Positions 56,901-64,000 of a stretch of 64,000 nt of DNA are shown piece after piece (position 1 is the stretch's first letter; each line of letters starts with the position of its first letter). The notes under the pieces are model-generated. The model was not told the origin of the DNA. It saw only the letters and a list, made by a program, of their open reading frames with translations, and did no database searches. The DNA comes from an uncultured Bacteroidota bacterium (GTDB lineage Bacteria; Bacteroidota; Bacteroidia; Bacteroidales; P3), in assembly GCA_902783595.1 (NCBI GenBank), contig CACZRR010000025.1, positions 1,999 through 65,998 of the forward strand, in the 5' to 3' direction. A program made the translations under genes and the position numbers.

Positions 56901-58087
56901 GCACTCTCCACCTTCTCGTAGTCGACGCCAGCCGTGAGACCCAGGCCCTGCATGTGGCTGGTGACGGCGTTGATACTACGCACGCTGCCGCTACCTATAA
57001 CCTGCAGCATGTCGTTGGCGGTATTGCTGGGCATCACGGCTCCCATTCCGTGAAAGCGAAAGTTGGAAGGCACACCCTCGCCAAGGTCTGTCAAGGCAAG
57101 AATGTTGCGGTTCTGCGTGACAGCAGCACCCACATTCGTACGCCACACCTCAATACGCAATATGCGCACGTTGCTGTTCACCACCGGCAGCGTACTCATA
57201 GCCCTATTGTAGTTGTCATAGAAGTACTGCGCGATGAAGTAGTGTCGATTGTCCTCGTACTCGTCGGCGCGTATCTCGAACTCATGGCTGCTGGCACCAC
57301 CCTTCACCTGCATATTCTCCGTGCTGGTCTCCTTCTCACTGAGCACAGCATCAATGGTCAGTCGGCCAAATTTCAACTTGGTGTGGAAACCCCACAGTTG
57401 TTGGCTGCCTTTGATAAGATTGGTGCTCAACGGAAACGACACATCGGCTGCTTCGAGCAGTTGCAGGATATCGTCCTCCTTGCCCTCATAGCGCAGCACC
57501 TTTTTGTTCTCAAAGTCGAAGGTGGCTTGCGTGTTGTGGCTGATGTCAAAAGTGATAAGGTCGCCTATCTTGGCACTGACATTGGCCTGTATCTTCTCGT
57601 CAAAGTCGAAGGTGGTGACGCTACGCTCATTCTCGTCGCGCTGCGGATCGTTACGGTAGTTGTTCACGATCTGGAAGGTGAGTTCCGCACTGCCCGAAGG
57701 GGTAATCTTGATCTCCGGCTTGCCCATCACGGCCTCCAGCTTCGAACTGATACCACTGAAACCAGGTATCTTGCTCAGCAAACCACCATCACCACCGTCA
57801 AGCACCGACCCCTCGCTCTTCTCGTTCCAGTACTGCGACATCAGCTCGTCCATCTTCCAGTCCTGGTAGTCGTCAAAGGTCATATACTCCCTGCTCACCA
57901 CCACATCACCTATCCGAGTGACACGCACATAGTCACCACGCTCAGCATTATACTCCACGGTGGTCTGCAGCACCGACGGGCTATACCCACTGCCCATCGG
58001 CCTATACACACTGTCGTCCTGACCGTATGCCACCGGCACCGCGAACAGAACACATACAAGGAGTATCAGCCGTTTTAGGGTCAACAA
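50975..58087 (-). CDS. sprA: T9SS translocon protein SprA
   Basis: 2370 aa. Signal peptide, size and sequence character of SprA/Sov, C-terminal beta-barrel ending RFSF. Only a TTG start is available (58087). Confidence 0.92.
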   Translation of the reverse strand: MLTLKRLILLVCVLFAVPVAYGQDDSVYRPMGSGYSPSVLQTTVEYNAERGDYVRVTRIGDVVVSREYMTFDDYQDWKMDELMSQYWNEKSEGSVLDGGDGGLLSKIPGFSGISSKLEAVMGKPEIKITPSGSAELTFQIVNNYRNDPQRDENERSVTTFDFDEKIQANVSAKIGDLITFDISHNTQATFDFENKKVLRYEGKEDDILQLLEAADVSFPLSTNLIKGSQQLWGFHTKLKFGRLTIDAVLSEKETSTENMQVKGGASSHEFEIRADEYEDNRHYFIAQYFYDNYNRAMSTLPVVNSNVRILRIEVWRTNVGAAVTQNRNILALTDLGEGVPSNFRFHGMGAVMPSNTANDMLQVIGSGSVRSINAVTSHMQGLGLTAGVDYEKVESARLLNSNEYTFNSQLGFITLNQPLSNDQVLAVAFQYQVVGDTNVYQVGELTTDGVNDPSTLIVKLLKSTTIDTHSPLWKLMMKNVYFLKSSQLSRDNFRLNVLYESNEGGVGVGFFTDGPKQGIPLIELFGMDRMDASQSYYYADGVFDWFDSAAYKGGLIQSSTGRVFFPYVEPFGRDLRAILGDDDYANRYCFDSLYTMTKSLAQQYADRNRFYLEGYYTSSVSGEISLGYSVTQGSVTVTAGGVPLIENVDYSVDYTMGTVRIINESILASGTPISVSSENNSFSMTTKRMLGLHLNYEVDKDFNIGGTVMNLHEKPLTQKNNFGDEPTSNTIWGLDVNYSHEVPFITKLIDKLPGIDTKEPSKLSLTAEFAHFIPGMSSTGSSEGSVSYIDDFEGAESNISLVTPAMWYLASTPQDWRMPMPLFPETSPGTGLAYGYNRARLAWYRISNDFYFQTNRPGNINNEDLSKPYARRIYEQEVFPNKDRVAGQPTYIYELNLAYYPEEKGPYNYDVDPTAYSAGITDSGTLVNPASRWGGIMRKMDYTDFETQNIETIEFWLMDPFIERPNHSGGRLYLNLGDISEDILRDGRKGFENGLPTSAAVTGVDTTIWGRVPAAQPIVNAFDNDAASRMYQDVGYDGLGSTHGIDDEQTFFADYLAAIAARYGTSSRAYQEASADPSSDDFRYFRSSYWDQNNTKVNDRYKYFNNAEGNSPVDEDSDEEYMTSASAYPNVEDINKDNTLSEAENYYQYVVELDPAHMNIGENHIVDIQEARNVQLANGETTTCKWYQFRIPIREPDQKVGNINGYQSIRFMRMFLNGFEEPIILRFATLDLVYSTWRKYSEDLLEPGDYTGGGDEGTSFNISTVNIEENGSRQPVPYVLPPGIEREEWYSTSNSYTQLNEQSIELDIDALASGDARAIYRSTSYDLRQYGHLKMFVHAEKKYATDMLDDDDLVLFVRLGSDYTNNYYEYEVPLKLTPWYTPTDDDYGIWPRANNVDIDLQKLPDIKTNRNRRIRGCETGYSPTLLYSEMVGDKKYTVLGTPNLGKVKVIMVGVRNPRKQSLDDGNNMMPKSAIVWLNEMRLSDYTNKGGWAAMLMARTNLADLGNLSLYGSYTTAHFGNLEDPLIKEEYMNTFNFQTTLDLELGKFLPEEWGLHIPFYIDHSREIGSPEYNPYNPDVLLSEDIDTYRTSAERDSVRRMTQRRKSATNLTLANVRKERVGEAALTPHFYDIENFSFTYAYSRERNSDEEIEHYNKDQHRGGFTYNYSPKAEPVTPFSKVKLFQGKAWKLLKEFNFYYMPKNLNFSTEIYRDFEETLLRNKSAALVIIKPTYFKQFTWQRTYGLQYDLMKTLHIQYSANASARIEEPMGAISSQSAVDSIWRSIASGGTLQNFQQQINVTYDLPINKLPYLDFVRVPLSYRTTYNFQGASQALQSMGGTLQGATTFTATGSANFLNLYNKSKLLKAANAAKTPARQQPQRRLRGQDKMSAKDSVAVADSLRREQRKEMLKGLGYAGLRLLTAWKDLTVQYNNSWGSRLPGYMGVPQFVGLDPQAGWTPGVGYILGYDMDVAEDLLRRDLLSADSLFNTPHEMTANKSLTLQANVEPIRDMKITLNAQQSQSSREQYYYKYLADYGSVQGPLLPTMTGTYSTTTWTFATAFSDADALFETFLSNRAIVAQRLAAANPDTYTDQMVLDSMSGQYFPAGYSPNSQTVLLTSFLATYTGGSAATQGFSPFLRFPLPNWNINYTGLNKIQFLKQWFTNITLSHRYASTYTVGNYYTDAALSGNDDYDYGAETLLNNSGDYIPPVTMEGVQITEQFNPLLKVAVAMVNNVQFNFSLQKNRTLMLSFSNNQLTETTRDGFTVGAGYRFKDVAFKVKFADRTHDLKSDIVLQLNITYNSNKTNIRKINQNISQISSGSKVWMAELSAEYALTSSLTARAFFQTNINTPYISNSYPNSTTKGGLTIRFSF

Positions 58088-58132
58088 GGTTTGCCTTTTT
58101 ATATATAATAACCCGTATTAAACGACCTCGCT

Positions 58133-58335
58133 CCCCTTTTATTGTCCCCGCACAAACAAAAAAAACATATCACCCTCCCTTATAATTTTCCAAGGCCTCT
58201 AAACCTCAGCAATAAAAAACTGGAAATTAACAACTTCCGCAACCACAAATAACACAACACACTGATTTACAACACCTCCAATCACCTCTCTCCAAGACCG
58301 CTCCATATCCGCTCCCAGTCCGCTCCCATCTCCTC
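58133..58335 (-). repeat. Dispersed non-coding repeat, copy B (between the ruvA stop and the sprA start)
   Basis: See copy A. Same orientation relative to the downstream minus-strand gene. A CT-rich tail continues to ~58400. Confidence 0.85.
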
Positions 58336-58406
58336 CTCTCTAAAAAAGGCCTCCCAAAAGCATCCCCTCCGATACTCTCTCCTACCCCTCCAATCTTCCA
58401 AATCCC

Positions 58407-59006
58407 CTACAGTTTCTGCAGGCCTACCTTGATAATCTCCTCCACCGTCATCGCCGTACCATCCGCATGGCGCCAGTCATTGGCAGTGAGGAATTTCTCA
58501 ACGGCCGTCTTCTGGAAGCCCAGCATGACAAGGGCTGACAGAGCCTCGTCGCGAGCCACATTAGCCTGCGCGGCCATCGGCGAAACCGTCGACACGCCTA
58601 TACCGCCCACCTTGTCGGCCAATTCAAGGACGATTCTCTGCGCTGTCTTCGCACCTATCCCCTTCACTCTCTGTACCTTACGCACATCCTGCGTAGCTAT
58701 GGCACCTTTCAGGTCGTCGACGGTAAGCGATGACAACATCACACGCGCCGTCTGTGCACCTACACCGTTCACACCAATGAGCAGTCTGAACATCTCGCGC
58801 TCCGCGAGGTCTCCGAAACCAAAGAGCAGATGAGCATCCTCGCGCACTACATGGTGGGCATAGAGTTTCACACGACCCTCATCAGCCTTCTGCAGCTGCT
58901 GGTATGTGTTGAGGGTAATCTCCAGCAGGTAGCCCACGCCACCGCAATCCACAACAGCCTGTGTAGGCTCCAACGAAGCCAAACGGCCCTCAAAATATTC
59001 GTACAT
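58407..59006 (-). CDS. ruvA: Holliday junction branch migration protein RuvA
   Basis: 199 aa. MYEYFEGRL, GVGY and HhH motifs (LIGVNGVGAQTA, VKGIGAKTAQRI). Confidence 0.93.
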   Translation of the reverse strand: MYEYFEGRLASLEPTQAVVDCGGVGYLLEITLNTYQQLQKADEGRVKLYAHHVVREDAHLLFGFGDLAEREMFRLLIGVNGVGAQTARVMLSSLTVDDLKGAIATQDVRKVQRVKGIGAKTAQRIVLELADKVGGIGVSTVSPMAAQANVARDEALSALVMLGFQKTAVEKFLTANDWRHADGTAMTVEEIIKVGLQKL

Positions 59007-59030
59007 AATGAATGCTTTACGTTTGATGTT

Positions 59031-60305
59031 TTAAAACTCATACCCCAACCCCGCCGCAGGACTCCCCTCCTGCAGCGTGTAGTCGTCGTTGGCGGGGTCG
59101 CTGAAGAGGGGGTCTTCGTCGCGTTCACCACCCCGCACAATACTATTGAGGAAACGGTGATTCGAGGAATAGCCGTCAACAAAGGAAAGCAGCACCTCGC
59201 CACTATTGTAGCTTCCCCAGACGATGCAGTCAATGAAATCAGCACGCTCCAAATCTCCTCCCTCCACACTGTCGCTCAACGCCATGTAGTTGGTCAAAAC
59301 AACCGTCGGCAACTCCCGCGAGGTGTAGTTCCAATAGCCTGCAAAAGTGCTGTGACGGAACTCATAGTTACCTCCCAGCAGAGCAATGAACGAAGTAAGA
59401 CAGTCGTAGACCAGCAGGTTGCGGGCATTGAGGGTGGCCTGCTGACCCACAAGACCACAGTCGCTCATATTGCGCACTATGCTGTTGGTCAGCGTGAGTT
59501 GCGCTCCCGGGTAGAGACGGAGTCCACCAATGCCGTTCTCAACAACGGCATGGTCAATTACATTGCCTATGCTGTTGTCCCTAAACCAGATGAGCCCCCA
59601 TTGCCCAGGCAAAAAACGGTACCAGCCGTCGTGACGCAACGAGGTGAAGACAATAGGTTCCTCTTCGCTGCCGCGCGCCTGCAGGCGCGCCGTCGATTCC
59701 AACACCAGACAGGCGTCGTTGGCGAAATGCACCTCGGCGCCAGGGCTGATAGTGAGCGTCTGCAGCGAGTCCACCCACATGTTGCCCACCACGATATGCG
59801 GCAACGTAGCATCCCACGTCTGACTGCTCAGGTGAAGCACACCGCCGTCAGGAGCTATATGGTAGCGCGCATTGCGTCCATAGGCCGTCAAGGGTAGCCG
59901 CTGACCATTGGAAAAGAGGATGGCATCACTCACCAAAAAAGGCGTCGTCGAATCGTTGGGATTGATATTTACCTGCACGAAAATGAAAAGGCTATCGTGG
60001 GCCAGCAACTCCACATCGCGGACCACAAGCGATGTGTCACCATCGACATTGAGACGAAAACGGCTGGCACGTCCGCCCTCAAGGGTCACACTGCTCAACA
60101 TCACATTGTCACTGCTGCCATTAGTAACGGTGAGACGCAGCGTGGTGCTGCCCATGGTAGTGAAAACGGTGTCGAACGTCAGCGTGTCGCACGAGAATGT
60201 CAGTCGTACACTCCCATCATCCTCCACAAACGATTCCTTCTCGCACGACAACGAAAACCATGGCATCACAGCTAAAACCACCACGTATAGAATCCTCTTC
60301 ATCAT
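59031..60305 (-). CDS. Lipoprotein, function unknown (possible beta-helix fold)
   Basis: 424 aa. Lipobox (WFSLSC). Confidence 0.7.
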   Translation of the reverse strand: MMKRILYVVVLAVMPWFSLSCEKESFVEDDGSVRLTFSCDTLTFDTVFTTMGSTTLRLTVTNGSSDNVMLSSVTLEGGRASRFRLNVDGDTSLVVRDVELLAHDSLFIFVQVNINPNDSTTPFLVSDAILFSNGQRLPLTAYGRNARYHIAPDGGVLHLSSQTWDATLPHIVVGNMWVDSLQTLTISPGAEVHFANDACLVLESTARLQARGSEEEPIVFTSLRHDGWYRFLPGQWGLIWFRDNSIGNVIDHAVVENGIGGLRLYPGAQLTLTNSIVRNMSDCGLVGQQATLNARNLLVYDCLTSFIALLGGNYEFRHSTFAGYWNYTSRELPTVVLTNYMALSDSVEGGDLERADFIDCIVWGSYNSGEVLLSFVDGYSSNHRFLNSIVRGGERDEDPLFSDPANDDYTLQEGSPAAGLGYEF

Positions 60306-60332
60306 CTTTTTCTTTGTTTTTTGCCTCGTCCC

Positions 60333-61580
60333 CTACTTCGTGTACAACCCAAACACCTCCTCCAGTCGTTTCTTGCAGACAGGGCAGAAAGGCGCATAGT
60401 CGCGCATCATGCAGTGCATGGTGGGTCGATAGATGCCCTTGGCGGCATAACCAGCACCTTCATACACCCCCAACGGACCATTCTCACTGCGCGGAACAGC
60501 ACTGTTAGCGGGCGTAGGAACAGGCGTCCCCGAGGGCAACATAGACTTCCACTTCGAAGCAAAGTCCTTCAAATTGGTAATATTGGGCTCAAAAGGCTCC
60601 ATATCGCCTTGATGCAAACTCCCATAAGAAAGCGCGGTATCGACATACTCGTCGGCCAGACCACCAAAATGGTGGCCAAACTCGTGAGGTAGCACATACT
60701 CCGCCATAGTGTGCATGGAGGTGACAGCATAGAGGTTGTAAATGGCTCCACCACCATACACAGTGTCGTTCACCATGACGATGATGAAGTCGCACGGCGT
60801 AGTTCCTATGCGGCTGTGCAAGCGGTGCACAAACGGCGTCATCAAGTAACGGTCGATGCCGAAGGTGTTGTATTCGGCACCCACATCGCCCACGACACCA
60901 TAAACATTAAAATCGCTACGGTGCGACGCAAAAGGTTCCTTGCCGAAGAGTATCTCTTTAATGCGGTAGTAATCCACCCGCAGGCGCGGATCGGCACCGC
61001 CATCATAGCCCTGCGCCACGATGACCACATCCACCTTTTGCGACGGGTCGCCGTGCACCTCAAGGTCCACGCGCTCCCCAACAAAGAAGTCGTGCTCTAT
61101 CGGGGTACTCTCAGGGTCGAAATGCAACAACGTGGCATCCTTCATGCGTCCGTCGGCACCACGTTTCTGCAAAGCCACAACGACGGCCCGCTTGGGCATG
61201 GGCAGCAGCAACGTCTCCTCAAACCGCTCCTTGACGCCCTTCCTGCCGGCAGGAGTGTCACAATATTCGCGGAAAAGGCTGCCATAGGCTCGTGAGTATA
61301 TGGCTTTCCCGCTACGCTCGTCGCGCATCTCCACACGATAGTCGCCATTGGGGAAAGGATCTATCAGCTGCTTTCGGGAACCATGCCAGTCAGAACGACG
61401 GTCCACCCAGCGCAACGCCCATACGGTATCGCCACGCGACGAGCCCTCACGCAAGCAGTCTAACCGCAACGTGCGCCCACTAAAATACTTCCCGAAGCGC
61501 ACCCGTTGCCCCTCAGCATCTGGCACAACAGCCATGAGCAGCAGCAACAACAGCAAAGGAGAAAAATAGACATTCTTCAT
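60333..61580 (-). CDS. M64-family (IgA-peptidase-like) zinc metallopeptidase
   Basis: 415 aa from the ATG at 61580. Signal peptide. HEFGHHFGGLADEY zinc motif and an M64 N-terminal-type domain. Confidence 0.85.
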   Translation of the reverse strand: MKNVYFSPLLLLLLLMAVVPDAEGQRVRFGKYFSGRTLRLDCLREGSSRGDTVWALRWVDRRSDWHGSRKQLIDPFPNGDYRVEMRDERSGKAIYSRAYGSLFREYCDTPAGRKGVKERFEETLLLPMPKRAVVVALQKRGADGRMKDATLLHFDPESTPIEHDFFVGERVDLEVHGDPSQKVDVVIVAQGYDGGADPRLRVDYYRIKEILFGKEPFASHRSDFNVYGVVGDVGAEYNTFGIDRYLMTPFVHRLHSRIGTTPCDFIIVMVNDTVYGGGAIYNLYAVTSMHTMAEYVLPHEFGHHFGGLADEYVDTALSYGSLHQGDMEPFEPNITNLKDFASKWKSMLPSGTPVPTPANSAVPRSENGPLGVYEGAGYAAKGIYRPTMHCMMRDYAPFCPVCKKRLEEVFGLYTK

Positions 61581-61663
61581 ACCATCCTTTAACGTCGACG
61601 CACACCCTTTATTGCATTGCACAACAAAAAGAAACATAACACCACCGAAAATTATTTTTTTTG

Positions 61664-61671
61664 TACTTTTG
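61664..61671 (+). promoter_or_regulatory. -7 promoter box TACTTTTG
   Basis: TAnnTTTG match 24 nt upstream of the ATG at 61696. Confidence 0.45.
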
Positions 61672-61695
61672 CGCTCTCGTAAGAAGAGCAAACCC

Positions 61696-62322
61696 ATGAT
61701 CATCAAACTCTACAACGGCAACCCCAACGTGCGCGACCTGCGCCGCATCGCCGACACCCTGCGTGCAGGCGGCATCGTCATACTGCCCACCGACACGCTC
61801 TATTGTTTTGCCTGCTCCATGGAGCACAAAAAGACTGTCGAGACCATAGCGCAGTTCAAAGGGTTTCGCATCAAACAGGCCAAATACTCAATGCTGTGCG
61901 AGAGCATGAGCCAGATGTCAGAATATGTTCGACCCATGTCCCGCGAAATGTTCGCCATGCTCAAAGAATGTCTGCCAGGACCCTTCACATTCATCATGGA
62001 GGCGGCAGGCAGCGTGCCGCGCAACTACCAAAACGCTAACCACACCATAGGCATCCGCATACCAGACAACGACATCACCCGCGCCATCATCGCCGAGGTT
62101 GGCACCCCGCTCATCGCCACCTCCGTACGCCCTATCGACAGCGACGACGACCCTGAGAACTACACCGACCCCGAACTCATACACGACCGCTTCGGCAACC
62201 GCGTCGACATCGTCGTCGACGGCGGCATTGCCGACCCCGAACCGTCCACAGTGGTCGACTGTTCCGACAATATCGAGATCATTCGCCAAGGTAAAGGACA
62301 TATCACCATCGACGAGCAATGA
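61696..62322 (+). CDS. tsaC: L-threonylcarbamoyladenylate synthase (TsaC/YrdC/Sua5 family)
   Basis: 208 aa from the ATG at 61696. ILPTDTLYCFAC, KGF.I.Q, LPGPFTFI and STVVD motifs. Confidence 0.85.
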   Translation: MIIKLYNGNPNVRDLRRIADTLRAGGIVILPTDTLYCFACSMEHKKTVETIAQFKGFRIKQAKYSMLCESMSQMSEYVRPMSREMFAMLKECLPGPFTFIMEAAGSVPRNYQNANHTIGIRIPDNDITRAIIAEVGTPLIATSVRPIDSDDDPENYTDPELIHDRFGNRVDIVVDGGIADPEPSTVVDCSDNIEIIRQGKGHITIDEQ

Positions 62323-62786
62323 ATCCCCAGCGCCCCACCCACATGTTCTACGTACAACGCAGCGGATGTCTCCTGCGCCTCATGGTACTCATGATCGCCG
62401 TGATGGCAGGAGCATGGCTGCTGCCCGGCGTCGAGGTATCATCGTTTTGGGCGGTAATGCTCACAGCTGTGGTCATATCGGTACTCAATAACATTGTGAG
62501 ACCTATCCTCATCGTCATCACTCTTCCAGCCACGGCACTCACCCTCGGTCTCTTTCTCTTTGTTATCAACGCCATCATCATACTTATGGCCTCTGGCCTC
62601 GTCAGCGGATTCAAAGTCGATAGTTTCCTATCGGCTCTCTTGTTCAGCATAGTGCTTACTGCCGTCAACTATCTCCTTGAATGGCCTAACAAATACATCA
62701 ATCGCCACAATCTCAGCGATTCATCACAACACCAAGACCCCAACAACGACGACGAAGGCTTCACACCCTACGAAGAAGTTGAATAA
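62319..62786 (+). CDS. DUF360 / phage-holin-4_2-family membrane protein
   Basis: 155 aa. Typical LLPG..V.SFW, NNIVRPIL..ITLP and TLGLFLFVINA blocks. ATGA overlap with the tsaC stop. The true start could be Met at 62343. Confidence 0.72.
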   Translation: MNPQRPTHMFYVQRSGCLLRLMVLMIAVMAGAWLLPGVEVSSFWAVMLTAVVISVLNNIVRPILIVITLPATALTLGLFLFVINAIIILMASGLVSGFKVDSFLSALLFSIVLTAVNYLLEWPNKYINRHNLSDSSQHQDPNNDDEGFTPYEEVE

Positions 62787-62790
62787 CAAT

Positions 62791-62844
62791 TTCTAAAATA
62801 TCTAAAACGCCTAAACCAACTAAATCAGCCCCAACCCCTAAAAC
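62791..62844 (+). repeat. 9-nt periodic CTAAA array in the spacer upstream of panC
   Basis: CTAAA at 62793, 62802, 62811, 62820 and 62838. Spacing is 9 nt or a multiple of 9. Units are TTCTAAAAT ATCTAAAAC GCCTAAACC AACTAAATC. Confidence 0.7.
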
Positions 62845-62856
62845 ACATCCACAACC

Positions 62857-63735
62857 ATGAAACAAATCACCCAAGCCGCCGAGCTACAGGCAGCAGTGGC
62901 AACAGCAAAACAACAAGGCCTTTCAATCGGCCTCGTACCCACCATGGGAGCTCTCCACAAAGGACACCTCTCCCTCATCTCTCGCGCTATCAAAGAGAAT
63001 GACATCGTGGTGGTGTCGCTCTTCGTCAACCCCATCCAGTTCAACAACAAGGAGGACCTCGAGAAATATCCGCGCACCATCGACGCCGACCTTCAACTCA
63101 TAGCAACACTGGGAGCTGACAAAATCCTCGCTTTCACCCCCTCTGTTGACGAGATGTATCCTCAAGGACAACCCTCCGAGGTCTACCACTTCGGTCCCGT
63201 AGAGGAGGTGATGGAAGGTCCGCGCCGCCCTGGACACTTCAACGGCGTGGCCATAGTGGTGCGTCGCCTCTTCGACCTGGCACAGCCCACACGCGCATAC
63301 TTCGGCGAGAAAGACTACCAGCAGATAGCTGTTATCCGCGCTCTGCTCGAACAGATCAAATACCCCATCGAGCTGGTGCCATGCCCCATCATACGCGCCG
63401 ACGACGGTCTAGCCCTCAGCAGCCGCAATATGCGCCTCTCCCCGGCAGCACGCGCCATGGCTCCCGCCATCAACGCCACACTCGAACAAGCTGCAGAGAT
63501 GGCAGAATATGAGGAAGTAGACGATGTGAAGGAGTGGGTGCTCGACACCCTCTCCACCTACCACCTCGTCAACGCCATAGAGAACTTACAGTTCGAACCC
63601 GAATATTTCGAAATCGTCGACGCCAAGACCCTGCAGCCCATCTCGGAATGGAACGAAGCTGGCGACCTCGGCGCCGTGGGATGCATCGCCGTATGGCTCG
63701 ACGGCGTGCGACTCATCGACCTGGTGAAGTTCTAA
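62857..63735 (+). CDS. panC: Pantoate--beta-alanine ligase
   Basis: 292 aa. VPTMGALHKGHLSL, FVNP.QF and GEKDYQQ motifs. Confidence 0.94.
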   Translation: MKQITQAAELQAAVATAKQQGLSIGLVPTMGALHKGHLSLISRAIKENDIVVVSLFVNPIQFNNKEDLEKYPRTIDADLQLIATLGADKILAFTPSVDEMYPQGQPSEVYHFGPVEEVMEGPRRPGHFNGVAIVVRRLFDLAQPTRAYFGEKDYQQIAVIRALLEQIKYPIELVPCPIIRADDGLALSSRNMRLSPAARAMAPAINATLEQAAEMAEYEEVDDVKEWVLDTLSTYHLVNAIENLQFEPEYFEIVDAKTLQPISEWNEAGDLGAVGCIAVWLDGVRLIDLVKF

Positions 63736-63755
63736 GCTCCTCCTCGCTCATCCTC

Positions 63756-63806
63756 AAAAAAGACGCTGGTCCATTCCCTCCGTGGAACGACCGGCGCCTT
63801 TTCTTC
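63756..63806. terminator. Bidirectional hairpin terminator between panC and aroQ
   Basis: Imperfect long stem AAGACGCTGGTCCATTCC / GGAACGACCGGCGCCTT, flanked by an A-run (5') and TTTTCTTC (3'). Confidence 0.6.
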
Positions 63807-63900
63807 TAGCTCCACTCCCAGCGAACGCAACTCCTCGTCAAGCTCCGCTTGATTGTCGGAGAGCGTCATCAACATGTCTCCTTCTGTCTAATCTACAACC

Positions 63901-63928
63901 TAAAACGCAAAACGAACAGCATTAAACT
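63901..63928 (+). repeat. Short heptamer run (TAAAACG CAAAACG plus 2 degenerate units) abutting the aroQ stop
   Basis: Same unit sequences as the 5451-5541 array. Ends directly at the aroQ stop codon (63929-63931). Confidence 0.55.
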
Positions 63929-64000
63929 TTACACCCCCTCCGCCAAGCAGCGAATGGCCATCTCATAGCCCCGCAATCCCAATCCACAAATCATCCCCTT
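63929..64000 (-). CDS. aroQ: Type II 3-dehydroquinate dehydratase, C-terminal fragment (continues beyond window)
   Basis: The minus frame reads KGMICGLGLRGYEMAIRCLAEGV*, typical of an AroQ C-terminus. Confidence 0.65.
   Translation of the reverse strand, partial: KGMICGLGLRGYEMAIRCLAEGV

Noticed and set aside
63732-63875. 47-aa minus-strand ORF between panC and aroQ.
   Set aside because: It contains the bidirectional terminator hairpin (63756-63806) and overlaps the panC stop, so it is most likely spurious.

Overview
64-kb chromosomal window from a high-GC (roughly 55-58% by eye) Bacteroidota genome, probably Bacteroidales or Prevotellaceae-like. Supporting signs are T9SS SprA, a T9SS C-terminal sorting-domain cargo, UpxY, a TonB-dependent receptor followed by DUF4249, TAnnTTTG -7 promoter boxes and no Shine-Dalgarno sequences. 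Most genes are housekeeping: ettA, dnaE, ddl, asnS, guaA, lpxC, lpxA, tRNA-Val(GAC), comEC, DAHP synthase/chorismate mutase, rplU-rpmA, folK, glnA, aroK, recN, sufS, sprA, ruvA, tsaC-like, panC and the 3' end of aroQ. Lipoproteins, peptidases and small membrane proteins are interspersed. Only the first ~1.3 kb looks accessory: AT-rich, with a partial membrane-anchored ORF and a zeta-toxin-like toxin-antitoxin pair bracketed by strong hairpins. The most unusual signal is not a gene cluster but a set of short-period tandem-repeat elements with 7-, 9- and 11-nt units, some forming long inverted-repeat hairpins. (i) They make up entire stop-to-ATG spacers between genes. (ii) They sit in-frame inside dnaE, ddl and a GSCFA-family gene, reminiscent of Rickettsia palindromic elements. 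Other findings are a ~205-bp dispersed non-coding repeat in the 5' leader of both glnA and sprA, a radical SAM/SPASM + lipoprotein pair of unknown function, an orphan UpxY coupled to comEC, and an LpxC lacking the usual FabZ fusion. No CRISPR array, rRNA, transposase or integrase was seen. All family calls come from reading the translations and are not database-verified.
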